The notes: generated by a model from the letters alone, not told the origin. DNA of 64,000 nt from an uncultured Acidobacteriota bacterium (GCA_963770895.1 CAVYRF010000002.1:5024001-5088000), one strand, 5' to 3'; counted from the first letter of the stretch, positions 18,413 to 29,023 are shown. Program-made: numbers and translations.

Positions 18413-19876
18413 GTGATCGCCGAACCTCACCCCGACCGCACGGCCACCGCCGTCAAGCTGTCGGTCGTCATCCCGGTCTACAACGAGCGCTACCTGGTGC
18501 GCGAGCTGGTGGAGCGCGTGCTGGCGGTGTCGACGCCGCAGATCCGCGAGATGGAACTGCTGATCGTCGACGACGGCTCACGCGACGGCAGCCTCGAGAT
18601 CCTGCGCCAGCTGGCGGCCGAGCACCCGGACCGCATCCGTCTTCTGGAGCAGGGCAGGAACCAGGGCAAGGGCGCCGCCATCCGCCGCGGCATCGCCCAG
18701 GCAACCGGCGACCTGGTGCTGTTTCAGGACGCCGACCTTGAATACGACCCGCGCGACTACGCCCGCCTGGTGCGGCCTTTCATCGAAGACGGCGCCGACG
18801 TGGTGTACGGTTCGCGCTTCCTGCCGAGCGACCGGCGGCGGGTGCTCTACTTCCGCCATACGCTGGGCAACCGCTTCCTGACGCTGCTCAGCAACTGGTT
18901 CACCGACCTCAACCTGACCGACATGGAGACCTGCTACAAGGTTTTCCGTGCGCCGCTCATCAAGTCGCTGCCGCTGCGCTCGCACGATTTTGCGATGGAG
19001 CCCGAGATCACCGCCAAGGTGGCCAAGCGCGGCTGCCGCATCTTCGAGGTACCGATCAGCTATCTTGGGCGCACCTATCGCGAAGGCAAGAAGATCGGCC
19101 TCAAGGACGCCTTCAAGGCGGTGCGGGCGATCGTGCGCTTCTGGCTGGTGGACGACCTGTACGCCGAAGATGAATATGGTTCGCATATCCTGCACAGCCT
19201 GGAGCGGGCGCAGCAGTTCAATCGCTGGATGGCGGATACCATCGCGCCGCACGTCGGCGCGCGCGTGCTGGAGATCGGCGCCGGCATCGGCAACCTGACG
19301 TCGGAGCTGTTGCCGCGCGATGCCTACCTGGCAAGCGACATCAATCCGCAATACATCGCCTATCTTAAAAACCTGGCGCTCGGCAAGCCGTATCTCAAGA
19401 TCGCCCGCATCAGCCTTGAAGAAACCGAATCGTTCGCGCCGTTTGCCGGGCAGTTCGACACGGTGGTCTGCCTCAACGTCCTGGAGCACGTGAGCGATCC
19501 GCTGCTGGCGCTGCGCAACATGCGTTCGGCGCTCGCCCCCGGCGGCCGCCTGGTGCTCTACGTGCCGCAGGGGCCGTGGCTCTATTCCAGCCTGGACGAA
19601 GTGCTGGGGCACCGCTGCCGCTACCGCAAGGAAGACCTGGCGCGCGAGCTGCGCGAAACCGGCTTCACGGTCGAGCTGATCCACGACTTCAACCGCACCG
19701 CGGTGCCGGGTTGGTGGCTGAACGGCAAGATCCTGCGCCGCCGCGAGTTCGGGCGCCTGCAGCTGAAGCTGTTCAACCTCAGCGTGCCGATCGTGCGGCG
19801 CTGCGACCGGCTGATGCCGGCGCCCGGCCTGGGCCTGGTCGCCGTGGCGCGGCGCGACGACCCGCCGGCCAGCTGA
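18413..19876 (+). CDS. Bifunctional GT2 / class I SAM methyltransferase
   Basis: VIPVYNE, DDGSRD, QDADLEYDP, TDMETCYK, then VLEIGAGIG and NVLEH. Confidence 0.9.
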   Translation: MIAEPHPDRTATAVKLSVVIPVYNERYLVRELVERVLAVSTPQIREMELLIVDDGSRDGSLEILRQLAAEHPDRIRLLEQGRNQGKGAAIRRGIAQATGDLVLFQDADLEYDPRDYARLVRPFIEDGADVVYGSRFLPSDRRRVLYFRHTLGNRFLTLLSNWFTDLNLTDMETCYKVFRAPLIKSLPLRSHDFAMEPEITAKVAKRGCRIFEVPISYLGRTYREGKKIGLKDAFKAVRAIVRFWLVDDLYAEDEYGSHILHSLERAQQFNRWMADTIAPHVGARVLEIGAGIGNLTSELLPRDAYLASDINPQYIAYLKNLALGKPYLKIARISLEETESFAPFAGQFDTVVCLNVLEHVSDPLLALRNMRSALAPGGRLVLYVPQGPWLYSSLDEVLGHRCRYRKEDLARELRETGFTVELIHDFNRTAVPGWWLNGKILRRREFGRLQLKLFNLSVPIVRRCDRLMPAPGLGLVAVARRDDPPAS

Positions 19877-19898
19877 GCCGCCCGCCGCGCTGTCGCGC

Positions 19899-20480
19899 TC
19901 AGCGCAGGAACGTCAGAAAAAACAGCACGATTCCGCTGCCGCCGAAGGCCATCGAGCCGAACCAGACGATGCGGCTGCGGGTGAGCGCGGCGACGGCCCC
20001 CAGCGCGATCGACACCTGAAAGAGGGCGACGGTGTCGGCGTAGTGGTGGTGGATGTGCAGCAGGTGGTCCCCTTCGTGCGAGCGCTCATCGCGCTGGTGC
20101 TCCAGCTGCCGCGCCTTGGCATCGATCTGCTGCTGATCGTTGCGGTAGCGGACAGCTTCCTGCGCCAGGGCGGGCGGCGCCGTCTTGCCGGCGGCGAGCC
20201 AGGCGTTGACCGCCGCCAGCTGCATCTCCCGCTTGATCCCCTTGGCCTGGTAATAGGTCCACTGGTCGGAGGCCTGCGCCTGGAGCGTCGTGGCTTCGGT
20301 CTTGGCGACCAGCGCTTCGTTGACGGTGCTGCCGGCGAGCAGCGCGGCGACGGCGGCGAAAGCGGCCAGGATCGCGGTGGTCAGGGCGATCTGCTTGAGG
20401 AAGTTGCCGCCTTCCTTTTCGAGCTCGTCGTGCACCGCGTCGCGCAGCTTTTCGGTTTCGATCTCCGGATCTTCAGGCAT
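19899..20480 (-). CDS. DUF4337-like membrane protein
   Basis: IALTTAILAAFAAVA, ASDQWTYYQAKGIK, LFQVSIALGAVAALT. Confidence 0.8.
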   Translation of the reverse strand: MPEDPEIETEKLRDAVHDELEKEGGNFLKQIALTTAILAAFAAVAALLAGSTVNEALVAKTEATTLQAQASDQWTYYQAKGIKREMQLAAVNAWLAAGKTAPPALAQEAVRYRNDQQQIDAKARQLEHQRDERSHEGDHLLHIHHHYADTVALFQVSIALGAVAALTRSRIVWFGSMAFGGSGIVLFFLTFLR

Positions 20481-22599
20481 ATGCGGCGGCTCCGGGCTCG
20501 TCGACGGCGGCAGGCAGCTCGATGTGGCCTTGCGCCAGGAAGCGTTCGCGGCACTCGGCGGCGGGCAGGGGCCTGCTGAAGAAGAACCCCTGCACTTCGT
20601 CGCAGCCCTGGTCGCGCAGCAGGCGCCACTGGATCTGGCGCTCGACGCCTTCGGCCACCACGCGGATTCCCAGGCTGTGCGCCAGCGCGATCACCGCCGA
20701 GGCGATCTCCAGGCTGTTGCTGTCGTCGCTCAACGAGCGGATGAAGGATGCATCAATCTTGAGGGTGTCGATCGGGAACGTCCGCAGATAGGACAGCGAC
20801 GAATAACCGGTGCCGAAGTCGTCGATGGCGATGCGCACGCCCAGGTCCTTCAGGCCGCGCAGCACCACCAGGCTCTCTTCAGCGTTTTGCATGGCCAGCG
20901 TTTCGGTGATCTCAAGCTCCAGGCACGACGACGGCAGCCCGGTTTCCCACAGCACGTCCTTGACGCGCTCCACCAGGTCGGGGCGCTGGAAGGGGCGCGC
21001 CGAAAGGTTGACCGACAGGCGGGGGAGCGGTACGCCGGCGTCGTGCCAGGAGCGCGCCTGGCGGCAGGCGGTGGTGAGCACCCAGCGGTCCAGGGGATGG
21101 GACAGCCCGCTCATGTCGGCGATCCACAGGAACTCGGAGGGCATCAGCAGGCCGCGCACCGGGTGCCGCCAGCGCAGCAGCGCTTCCACCCCTTCGACGC
21201 GGCCGGTCGCGGCGTCCAGCAGCGGCTGGTAGAACAGCGACAGCTCGTCGTTGGCGAGCGCGCGGCGCAGGTCGTTTTCCAGCGACAGGCGGTCGAGCGC
21301 GTGCTCGTCCATCGCCGCGACGTACAGCTGCAGGCTGTCGCGGCCGAGCGACTTGGCCTGATACATGGCGACGTCGGCCTTTTTGACCAGCTCTTCGGCT
21401 TCGGCGCCGTCCTCGGGGAAGCGGCTGACCCCGAGGCTGGCGGTGATCACGATCTCATGGCCGTCGAGGTTGAAGGGACGGCGCAGCGAATCGAGCACCT
21501 TTTCGCCCAGGCGCACCATGTCGCGTTCGCCGGCGACCGCCGGCAGCAGGACGGCGAATTCGTCGCCGCCCAGCCGGGCGATGGTGTCGCCGGGGCGGAG
21601 GCTGCTGCGCAGGCGGTCGCCGACCAGGCGCAGCATTTCGTCGCCGCGGCGATGGCCGAGCGAATCGTTGATGCTCTTGAAGCGGTCCACGTCCAGGACG
21701 AAGACCGCCACGCCCAGCCCCTCGCCGCCGATGCGCATCATCGCCAGGCGCAGGTGCTCGTGGAAGAGGTTGCGATTGGCCAGACCCGTCAGGCCGTCGT
21801 AATAGGCCAGGTGGGCGATCTGCTCGGAGGCCTGAAAGGCGCGCGACCGCTCTTCTTCCAGCAGCCAGATGACCATGCCCAGGCCCATCATCGCCTGCAG
21901 CAGCAGCTCGATCTCGATCAGCGGCACGACGTTGCCGGCGTAGCGTTCGAGCGCGGCCACAAGGGCCTGGTCGACCGGCGTGTGGTGGCGCAGGACGAAG
22001 AGGGCGGCGAGAATGCCGGCGACCTGCAGCTGCTCGACGGCGTAGAGCAGGAAGGCGCTGCCCACCACGCGCCGCCCGAGCGTGTCGGGGTGGAGCGCGG
22101 TGCGCAGCACGGCGATGCCGGCGATCAGGAAGGCGACGCCGGTGACCAGGCCGCGCAGTCCCACGCGCGTCAGCACCCGCAGCTCGCCGGAGACGAAGGC
22201 GGAGGCGATGGCGACGGCCACGGCGAACACCGCCAGGGCGGCAAGGATCCAGCGCCGGCGGCGGCGCTCGGTGGCGATGGTGCCGCCGGCGGCGCCGCGC
22301 CCCGTCGCCACCTCGTGGGTGCCGAAGAGCAGCCAGCCGATCTGCAGGTAGCCGCCGACCAGCGCCAGCAGGGAGACCGCGAGACGCAGCGGCGCCTTGG
22401 CGGGCTGGCTGAGCAGCCCCATGGTGCCGGCCGATCCGGCCAGTCCGCAGGCGAAGGCCCACCAGCTGCTGGCCCAGTCGCGCAGATAGCGGCGGTGGTA
22501 GCTGCGATGGAAGCTGAGCAGCACGACGGCGATCACCGCCGCGCACGCGGCTTGTGCCAGATAGCCCGTGACTGCCACCGGAGTCAGGTCGGCGATCAT
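20473..22599 (-). CDS. Membrane-bound diguanylate cyclase/phosphodiesterase (GGDEF-EAL)
   Basis: About 7 TM segments, DGLTGLANR, RLGGDEF, EALLRW, DDFGTGYSSL, AEGVE, QGF. Confidence 0.93.
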   Translation of the reverse strand: MIADLTPVAVTGYLAQAACAAVIAVVLLSFHRSYHRRYLRDWASSWWAFACGLAGSAGTMGLLSQPAKAPLRLAVSLLALVGGYLQIGWLLFGTHEVATGRGAAGGTIATERRRRRWILAALAVFAVAVAIASAFVSGELRVLTRVGLRGLVTGVAFLIAGIAVLRTALHPDTLGRRVVGSAFLLYAVEQLQVAGILAALFVLRHHTPVDQALVAALERYAGNVVPLIEIELLLQAMMGLGMVIWLLEEERSRAFQASEQIAHLAYYDGLTGLANRNLFHEHLRLAMMRIGGEGLGVAVFVLDVDRFKSINDSLGHRRGDEMLRLVGDRLRSSLRPGDTIARLGGDEFAVLLPAVAGERDMVRLGEKVLDSLRRPFNLDGHEIVITASLGVSRFPEDGAEAEELVKKADVAMYQAKSLGRDSLQLYVAAMDEHALDRLSLENDLRRALANDELSLFYQPLLDAATGRVEGVEALLRWRHPVRGLLMPSEFLWIADMSGLSHPLDRWVLTTACRQARSWHDAGVPLPRLSVNLSARPFQRPDLVERVKDVLWETGLPSSCLELEITETLAMQNAEESLVVLRGLKDLGVRIAIDDFGTGYSSLSYLRTFPIDTLKIDASFIRSLSDDSNSLEIASAVIALAHSLGIRVVAEGVERQIQWRLLRDQGCDEVQGFFFSRPLPAAECRERFLAQGHIELPAAVDEPGAAAYA

Positions 22600-22926
22600 A
22601 GAAGGAGTTCGAAGGAGGTTGAGTCTAGCAGCTTCGGCTGCGCAGCGGGGAGGGAAAGACGGTTCGTCACACCTGGATCTTGCCGGCGGGCTGCCGGCAA
22701 GCCGGCGCGGGTGGGTAATACGGGACCGCGCCGCCAGGGTTGCATGGCGTCACTACGAAAGTGCGGCCAGGCCTGGACGACCGCCAGCCCGGCTGGAGCC
22801 CTGGCTGGAGCGTGGGAGCCGGCTTGGGGCCGTCGTGGGACTGATACACTCCTTCACCGCCAACCGTTGCGACCGCATCGCCAACCATATGCAACCGCGC
22901 CCGCGAGGCCAAGGATCGACCGCCCG

Positions 22927-25677
22927 ATGAGAACGAACCGGTTCCCGCCGCCTTTGCCGCTGCTGCTGATCCTCTGCTGCGCCCTGTGCGCCTCGCTGCC
23001 GGCGGTGCCGGCCGCCGCCGCTCCTGGCGCCGCCCCCGCCGCCGCCGCCGCGGCCATGCCGGCGGCGCAGCCGGCATCGGCGGGGCCGACCCTGCCGACC
23101 ATCGCGGCGCACACCGCCGGCAGCGAGAAGCGCTCCGGCCTGCTCGACCTCTACCTGGACCGCGCCCACGGCAAGGTGTGGCTGGTGGTGCCCAGGGCGA
23201 CCGGCGCGGGTGGCGCGGTCGCCAGCTACCTCTATGCCGAAGCGCTGGCGACCGGCCTGGGCTCGGCGGAAGTCGGCCTGGACCGCGGCCAGTTCGCCGA
23301 CGCCGTCCACGTCGTGACGCTGCGCCGCGTCGGCGGCAAGGTCCTGTTCGAGGTGGCCAACATGCGCTTCCGGTCCCTGTCGGAGCAGGCCGCCGAGCGT
23401 CAGGCGGTGCGCGAGTCGTTCCCGCAGTCGGTGCTGTGGGGTGGCGACATCGTCGCCCAGGACGCCGACGGTACCGGGCTGGTGGACTTCACCTCCTTCG
23501 TGGTGCGCGACTCGCACGGCATCGTGCCGCACCTCAAGGCCAGCGGCCAGGGGGTCTGGAGCCTGGATGCCGGGCGCAGCGCCGCCGACCTGGACGCCTG
23601 CCAGGTGTTCCCCGAAAACGTCGAGCTGGAAGGGTTGGTCACCTACGCCTCGCCCGAGCCGGGAGCGCTGCTGCGCGTCAACACCCCGGTGGCCGGCGCC
23701 CTGACGTTCCAGCAGCATCAGTCGTTGCTGCGCCTGCCGGACGACGGCTACCAGCCGCGCCGCTACGACCCGCGCTCGGGTTCGTTCGGCGTCGAGTTCC
23801 GCGACTACACGGCGCCGCTCGCCAGTGCCATGGAGGGGGGATTCCTGGTGCGCCACCGGCTCGAAAAGGTGGATCCCACCGCGGCGCGCTCGCGGGTCAA
23901 GAAGCCGATCGTCTACTACGTCGATTCCGCGGCGCCGGAGCCGATCCGCAGCGCCCTGGTGGAAGGCGCCAGCTGGTGGAAGGAGGCGTTCGACAAGGCC
24001 GGCTTCATCGATGCCTTCCGCGTCGAGGTGCTGCCGCCGGGGGTGAACATCCTCGATGCGCGCTATAACGTGGTGGAGTGGGTGCATCGCGCCACCCGCA
24101 GCTGGTCCTATGGCGGCGGCATCATCGATCCGCGCACCGGTCAGCTGATCAGCGGCCGGGTGACGCTCGGGTCGCTGCGCATCCGCCAGGATCGGCTGAT
24201 CTTCGAGGGCCTGCTGGGCACCGACCACACCGGCAGCGGCGCCGCCGACGACCCGGTGCAGCTGTCGCTGGCGCGCATCCGCCAGCTGGCGGCGCACGAG
24301 GTCGGTCACAGCCTGGGCCTGATGCACAACTTCGCCGCCAGCACCTACGGGCGCGCCTCGGTGATGGACTATCCGGCGCCGCAGGTCGACATCACGCCGG
24401 GCGGCGACCTGGACGTGTCGCACGCCTATGCCACCGGCATCGGCGCCTGGGACGTGCAGGCGATCCGCTACGCCTACAGCGAATTTCCGCCGGGTGCGGA
24501 GCACGCCGCGGCGGAGCGGGCCGGGCTGGACGCGATCCTGCGCGAAAACATCGACCGCGGCTACATCTACCTGACCGACGAAGACGCCCGGCCGCCGGGG
24601 GCCGCCGCGCCTCTCGCCAACCTGTGGGACAACGGTCCCGAGCCGGTGGCCGGTCTGGAGCACGAGCTGGCGGTGCGGCGCATCGCGCTGGGCCGCTTCG
24701 GCGAGCACAACATCGCCGTCGGGCAGCCGCTGACGACGCTCGAAGAGGTGCTGGCGCCGCTCTATTTCCACCATCGCTACCAGCTCGACGGTGCGCTCAA
24801 GGTGGTGGGCGGCCTGGACTACGCCTATTCGATGCGCGGTCTTGGGCCGCAGGAGGCAAAGCCCGTCGACGGCGCCTGGCAGCGGCGGGCCCTGGCGGCG
24901 ATCACCGGCCTCCTGGCGCCCGACGCGCTGGACATCCCCGAGCGGGCGCTGCGGCTGATCCTGCCGCGCGCGCCCGGCTATCCGCCCAACCTCGAGCTCT
25001 TCGGCGGCGGCGCGGCGCCGGCCTTCGATCCGCTCGCCGCCGCGGCCACCGCCGCGGACATGGCGGTGTCGGGTCTGCTGCAACCGCAGCGGGCGGCGCG
25101 GGTGGTGGACTTCCATCGCCGCGACCCGTCGCTGCCGTCGTTCGAAGAGGTCCTGGACGCCCTGACCGGTCAGGCGTTCGGCCCGAGCGGCGGCGCGGCC
25201 GCGGGCGCCGGCGGTGGAGCGGGTGGGGCCGGCGGCGGCGGTGCGGCGGGCGGCCACCGTCCGGGCGAACGGCAGGCCGAGCTGCGGCGCATCGCGCAGT
25301 GGGTGGTGGTCGAGCGCATGATCGACCTGGCCGCCGACCCCGCGGCGGCAGCCGGTGTACGGGCGCGGGTGGAAGGGCGGCTGGCGCAGCTGGGGCGGGC
25401 GCTCGGCCGGCGCGGCGCCGCGGGCGCGGCAGCGGGCAGGCCCGACGCCGAGCGGTCGCAACGCGAGATGCTGGCCGCCGAGATCGGCCGCTTCCTGGAC
25501 CGCCGCATGGACGGCGCCGTACACCCCGCCGCGCCGCCGTCCCCGCCGCCGCCCGGCCAGCCGATCGGCGGCGCCGCCGCCGCGGCCGGGGCCGACGCCG
25601 CCCTGGTGGGCCGCGTTCTGGGCGGTGGAGCAGGTGCGCCGCCGGGCCTGAGCGGCTGCTCTTGGGGTGAGCAGTGA
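22927..25677 (+). CDS. Secreted zinc-dependent metalloprotease (EcxA/DUF5117-DUF4953-like)
   Basis: Signal peptide, HEVGHSLGLMHN zinc motif, SVMDY Met-turn; start ATG 22927 (the ORF-track extension to 20290 is an antisense shadow). Confidence 0.88.
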   Translation: MRTNRFPPPLPLLLILCCALCASLPAVPAAAAPGAAPAAAAAAMPAAQPASAGPTLPTIAAHTAGSEKRSGLLDLYLDRAHGKVWLVVPRATGAGGAVASYLYAEALATGLGSAEVGLDRGQFADAVHVVTLRRVGGKVLFEVANMRFRSLSEQAAERQAVRESFPQSVLWGGDIVAQDADGTGLVDFTSFVVRDSHGIVPHLKASGQGVWSLDAGRSAADLDACQVFPENVELEGLVTYASPEPGALLRVNTPVAGALTFQQHQSLLRLPDDGYQPRRYDPRSGSFGVEFRDYTAPLASAMEGGFLVRHRLEKVDPTAARSRVKKPIVYYVDSAAPEPIRSALVEGASWWKEAFDKAGFIDAFRVEVLPPGVNILDARYNVVEWVHRATRSWSYGGGIIDPRTGQLISGRVTLGSLRIRQDRLIFEGLLGTDHTGSGAADDPVQLSLARIRQLAAHEVGHSLGLMHNFAASTYGRASVMDYPAPQVDITPGGDLDVSHAYATGIGAWDVQAIRYAYSEFPPGAEHAAAERAGLDAILRENIDRGYIYLTDEDARPPGAAAPLANLWDNGPEPVAGLEHELAVRRIALGRFGEHNIAVGQPLTTLEEVLAPLYFHHRYQLDGALKVVGGLDYAYSMRGLGPQEAKPVDGAWQRRALAAITGLLAPDALDIPERALRLILPRAPGYPPNLELFGGGAAPAFDPLAAAATAADMAVSGLLQPQRAARVVDFHRRDPSLPSFEEVLDALTGQAFGPSGGAAAGAGGGAGGAGGGGAAGGHRPGERQAELRRIAQWVVVERMIDLAADPAAAAGVRARVEGRLAQLGRALGRRGAAGAAAGRPDAERSQREMLAAEIGRFLDRRMDGAVHPAAPPSPPPPGQPIGGAAAAAGADAALVGRVLGGGAGAPPGLSGCSWGEQ

Positions 25678-26600
25678 GCAGCGGCCCGGCTGCCGCCGGC
25701 ACGGCCAGGTGGCGGCCCGTGGTGACCGGATCGTTGGTGGCCGTGGCTGCCGCGCTGTCGGCGGCGATTTTGGTGGGACAGTGGCCGGCGCCGGTTGCCG
25801 CCGCGGCTCCCGCGGCTGCGGCTCCCGCGACACCGGCGCCGTCCGCGCCGTCCAGAACGTCCGGGAGGGGGGCCGCAGCAGGTCAGGCGGGGGCGCGGCC
25901 GGCCGAGCGGCTGGTCGTCAAGGTGCTGTCGACGCGGCCGCACGATCCGGCCGCGTACACCCAGGGGCTGGTGTGGGACCACGGCAGGCTCTATGAGAGC
26001 ACCGGCCTCTACGGTCAGTCGACCTTGCGCGAGGTCGATCCGGCGACCGGCGAAGTGAAGCGCCGGCTCGCGGTGCCCGCGGGCTTTTTTGCCGAGGGGC
26101 TGGCCCAGGTGGGGCAGCGCCTCATCCAGCTCACCTGGAAGGAGCACGTTGCCTTTCTGTACGACGTCAAGGCGTTCGAGCGCGTCGGCGAGGTCAAGTA
26201 CGACGGCGAAGGCTGGGGGCTGTGCTACGACGGCCGCCGCCTGGTGATGAGCGACGGTTCCGATCGGCTCAGCTTCCGCGACCCCAAGACCTTTGCCCTG
26301 CAGGGCGGCGTCGACGTGCGCCTGGACGGCCGCCCGCGGCGCATGCTCAACGAGCTGGAGTGCGTCGACGGCGCCGTCTGGTCGAACGTGTGGATGACCG
26401 ACCAGATCTTGCGCATCAACCCCGCAAACGGCCAGGTGACGGCGGTGGTCGACGCCGCCGGCCTGCTGGAGGCCGCCGACATGGAGCATGCCGACGTGCT
26501 CAACGGCATCGCCTGGGACCCGGTGAAAAAGACCTTCCTGATCACCGGCAAGCTGTGGCCCAAGATGTTCGAGGTGGTCTTCGTGCCGGCCCCGCGGTGA
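25674..26600 (+). CDS. Glutaminyl-peptide cyclotransferase (type I glutaminyl cyclase)
   Basis: HDPAAYTQGL, ESTGLYG, FAEGL, QLTW, EGWGL, SDGS, LNELE, VLNGIA, TGKLW. Confidence 0.92.
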   Translation: MSSGPAAAGTARWRPVVTGSLVAVAAALSAAILVGQWPAPVAAAAPAAAAPATPAPSAPSRTSGRGAAAGQAGARPAERLVVKVLSTRPHDPAAYTQGLVWDHGRLYESTGLYGQSTLREVDPATGEVKRRLAVPAGFFAEGLAQVGQRLIQLTWKEHVAFLYDVKAFERVGEVKYDGEGWGLCYDGRRLVMSDGSDRLSFRDPKTFALQGGVDVRLDGRPRRMLNELECVDGAVWSNVWMTDQILRINPANGQVTAVVDAAGLLEAADMEHADVLNGIAWDPVKKTFLITGKLWPKMFEVVFVPAPR

Positions 26601-26681
26601 CGACCGTCGGCCGCCGTCGGCCGGCCTGCCGCCGCCGGTCGCTGCCGTCTGGCGCCATCCGGCGCCCCGCGGCGCTTCACT

Positions 26682-26972
26682 TCAACTGACGGGAGCCGGC
26701 TCGATCTTGAGCATGCGCCCCCAGGCGAGGCGCAGGTTTTCGGGCAGATCCAGGTCGGGGAAGATCTCTTTGACTTCGTCGCGGCTGACGTAGGTCCAGA
26801 TGTCATCCCATTGCGCGTAGCGCAGCAGGTGCGACACGACCCAGGCGCGCTGGCTGGAGGTCCCCTGCCGCAGGAACTGGCGCACTTCGTCGGCGGTCAC
26901 CTTCTGGTCAGGGAAGAAATAGAGGTGCTCGGAGCGAGTGGCACCCTCCCGATTCTTGCCTGATCCGTTCAT
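26682..26972 (-). CDS. Small helical protein resembling partners of AbiEii-type nucleotidyltransferases
   Basis: YFFPDQKVT...RAWVVSHLLRYAQWDDIWTY pattern; clean ORF with its own promoter. Confidence 0.6.
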   Translation of the reverse strand: MNGSGKNREGATRSEHLYFFPDQKVTADEVRQFLRQGTSSQRAWVVSHLLRYAQWDDIWTYVSRDEVKEIFPDLDLPENLRLAWGRMLKIEPAPVS

Positions 26973-26978
26973 GTTGTC

Positions 26979-27006
26979 AGTATAGCGGTCTACCCTGCCT
27001 TGGCAA
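26979..27006 (-). promoter_or_regulatory. Sigma70-type promoter TTGCCA-16-TATACT, 6 nt before ATG (leaderless)
   Basis: Read on the minus strand. Confidence 0.6.
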
Positions 27007-27046
27007 GAGCTGCAGCGGGTATGCCGTTGTGGCAGGCCGCCGGCCC

Positions 27047-27075
27047 TTGACCGGACTTGCCCTCTCCGCTACATT
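27047..27075 (+). promoter_or_regulatory. Sigma70 promoter TTGACC-17-TACATT for tRNA-Gly
   Basis: Hexamers at 27047-27052 and 27070-27075. Confidence 0.65.
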
Positions 27076-27097
27076 GCGTGACGACTTGAGGCCTCGG

Positions 27098-27173
27098 GCG
27101 GGCATAACTCAGCTGGTAGAGTGCAAGCTTCCCAAGCTTGATGTCGCGGGTTCGAGTCCCGTTGCCCGCTCCA
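27098..27173 (+). tRNA. tRNA-Gly (CCC)
   Basis: GCGGGCA/TGCCCGC acceptor stem, anticodon arm CAAGC-TTCCCAA-GCTTG, GTTCGA T-loop, encoded CCA. Confidence 0.97.
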
Positions 27174-27195
27174 TTCACAAGGATCGATGGGTGGC

Positions 27196-27220
27196 GGCGG
27201 CCGGCAGGCTGGCCGCCTTT
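27196..27220 (+). terminator. Possible intrinsic terminator after tRNA-Gly
   Basis: GGCGGCCGG-cagg-CTGGCCGCC followed by TTT (short U-tract). Confidence 0.45.
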
Positions 27221-27292
27221 CATGCTTCAGGAGCTTGATCACGGCCGGGGTACGCCGGCGCGGCCCGGCACCGGGTTGGCTGGCGGCCGGAA

Positions 27293-27799
27293 ATGGATGG
27301 AGATATGGCTCTTTTTCGACGTGATCCTCCTGCCGCCGGTGGCGCCGCGCCGGCGCCGGCTTCCGGCCCCGCCGCAGGCGACCCGGCTGCCGGCGGCAGC
27401 GGCCGGCGCGTCGCCACGCTGATCGCGTCCGGTACCAAGATCAAAGGCGAGGTGGGCGGCGCGACCGACGTGCAGATCGACGGCGAGATCGAAGGGCGGG
27501 TGGCGGTCGAGGCGGTGGTCGTGGTCGGCGCCGGCGGCGCCGTGCGGGGGCCGATCGCGGCGCACGTGGTGCGGGTCGTGGGGCAGGTGATCGGCGAAGT
27601 GATCGCCAGCGAACGGGTGGAGGTGAGCCCCTCCGGCAGCCTCGAAGGCGACATCGCGGCGCCGCGGGTGGTGATCGCCGAAGGCGCCTTCTTCAAAGGC
27701 AAGATCGATATGAAGGGCGACAAAAACCGTGAGCCCCGCAGGCCGCCCAAGGGCGGCGCCGAGGCTCCAAAGGCGGCGGCCGACGCCGGGAGCAAATAG
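27293..27799 (+). CDS. Bactofilin (polymer-forming cytoskeletal protein)
   Basis: [13 protein letters not shown]...IDGEIEG...GSLEGDI...IAEGAFFKG beta-helix pattern. Confidence 0.9.
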   Translation: MDGDMALFRRDPPAAGGAAPAPASGPAAGDPAAGGSGRRVATLIASGTKIKGEVGGATDVQIDGEIEGRVAVEAVVVVGAGGAVRGPIAAHVVRVVGQVIGEVIASERVEVSPSGSLEGDIAAPRVVIAEGAFFKGKIDMKGDKNREPRRPPKGGAEAPKAAADAGSK

Positions 27800-27800
27800 C

Positions 27801-28910
27801 GTGCTAATCGGAATCCCGAAAGAGGTGAAGGACAGCGAATACCGGGTCGGCATGATCCCGGCCGCGGTGCATGCGTTGGTGGCCGCGGGCCACGACGTGG
27901 TCGTGCAGGAGGGGGCGGGGACGGGCAGCGGCATTCCCGACGCCACCTATACCGAAGCCGGCGCGCGCCTGGTGCCGACCGCCGAAGCCGCCTTCGACGT
28001 CGAGATGGTGGTCAAGGTCAAGGAGCCGGTGGAGATCGAATACGACCGGCTGCGCGAAGGCCAGACGCTGTTCACCTACCTGCACCTGGCGCCGCTGCCC
28101 GGCCTCACCGACGTGCTGCTCGCCAAGCGCATCACCGGCGTCGCCTATGAGACCATCACCGACGACCGCGGCAGGCTGCCGCTGTTGACGCCCATGTCCG
28201 AGGTGGCCGGGCGCATGTCGGCGGTGGTCGGGGCGAGCTATCTGCAAAAGGGCCACGGTGGGCGGGGCACGCTGCTCGCGGGCGTGCCCGGCGTGCCGCC
28301 CGGCGACGTGGTGATCATCGGCGGCGGCATCGTCGGCCTGAACGCCGCCAAGATGGCGCTGGGACTGGGAGCGCGCGTCACCATCCTGGAAGCCAATCTG
28401 GACCGCATGCGGTTCCTGGACGATATCTTCCACGGCACCCTCACCACCCTGGCCAGCAACCACCACAACATGCGAGCCGCGCTGCGCCGCGCCGACCTGC
28501 TCATCGGCGCCGTGCTGATTCCTGGGCGCGCCGCGCCCAAGCTGGTGACGCGCGCCATGCTGAGCGACATGAAGGAAGGCGCGGTGGTGGTCGACGTGGC
28601 GGTGGACCAGGGGGGCTGCTTCGAAACCACCCACCCGACCACCCATTCCGACCCGGTCTACGTCGTCGACGGGGTGGTGCACTACTGCGTCGCCAACATG
28701 CCCGGCGCGGTGCCGCGCACCTCCACCTTCGCGCTCAACAACGCCACCATGCCCTACGCCTTGCAGCTGGCCAACCAGGGCCTCAAGCAGGCGGTGCGCG
28801 CGGACCCGGGGCTGCTGGCCGGGGTCAACACCTACGCCGGTCACATCACCTGCGAGCCCGTCGCCGAATCGCTCGGCCGCCCGTACCGTCCGCTGGCCGA
28901 TCTGCTGTAA
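27801..28910 (+). CDS. ald: Alanine dehydrogenase
   Basis: [61 protein letters not shown]. Confidence 0.95.
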   Translation: MLIGIPKEVKDSEYRVGMIPAAVHALVAAGHDVVVQEGAGTGSGIPDATYTEAGARLVPTAEAAFDVEMVVKVKEPVEIEYDRLREGQTLFTYLHLAPLPGLTDVLLAKRITGVAYETITDDRGRLPLLTPMSEVAGRMSAVVGASYLQKGHGGRGTLLAGVPGVPPGDVVIIGGGIVGLNAAKMALGLGARVTILEANLDRMRFLDDIFHGTLTTLASNHHNMRAALRRADLLIGAVLIPGRAAPKLVTRAMLSDMKEGAVVVDVAVDQGGCFETTHPTTHSDPVYVVDGVVHYCVANMPGAVPRTSTFALNNATMPYALQLANQGLKQAVRADPGLLAGVNTYAGHITCEPVAESLGRPYRPLADLL

Positions 28911-29023
28911 GGCCGGCGGCGGCGGGGGCCGCGGCGGCAGTCTGGCTGGCGCGGAGCCGGCGGCGCAGCGGTCCGCGTCGCCAGGCCGCCGGCATTGGCT
29001 GGCTGGCGGCCCAGCCTGCGTGA

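Noticed and set aside
20290-22926. 1795-aa ORF N-terminal extension
   Set aside because: It is the antisense shadow of the GGDEF-EAL gene; the metalloprotease starts at 22927 with a signal peptide.
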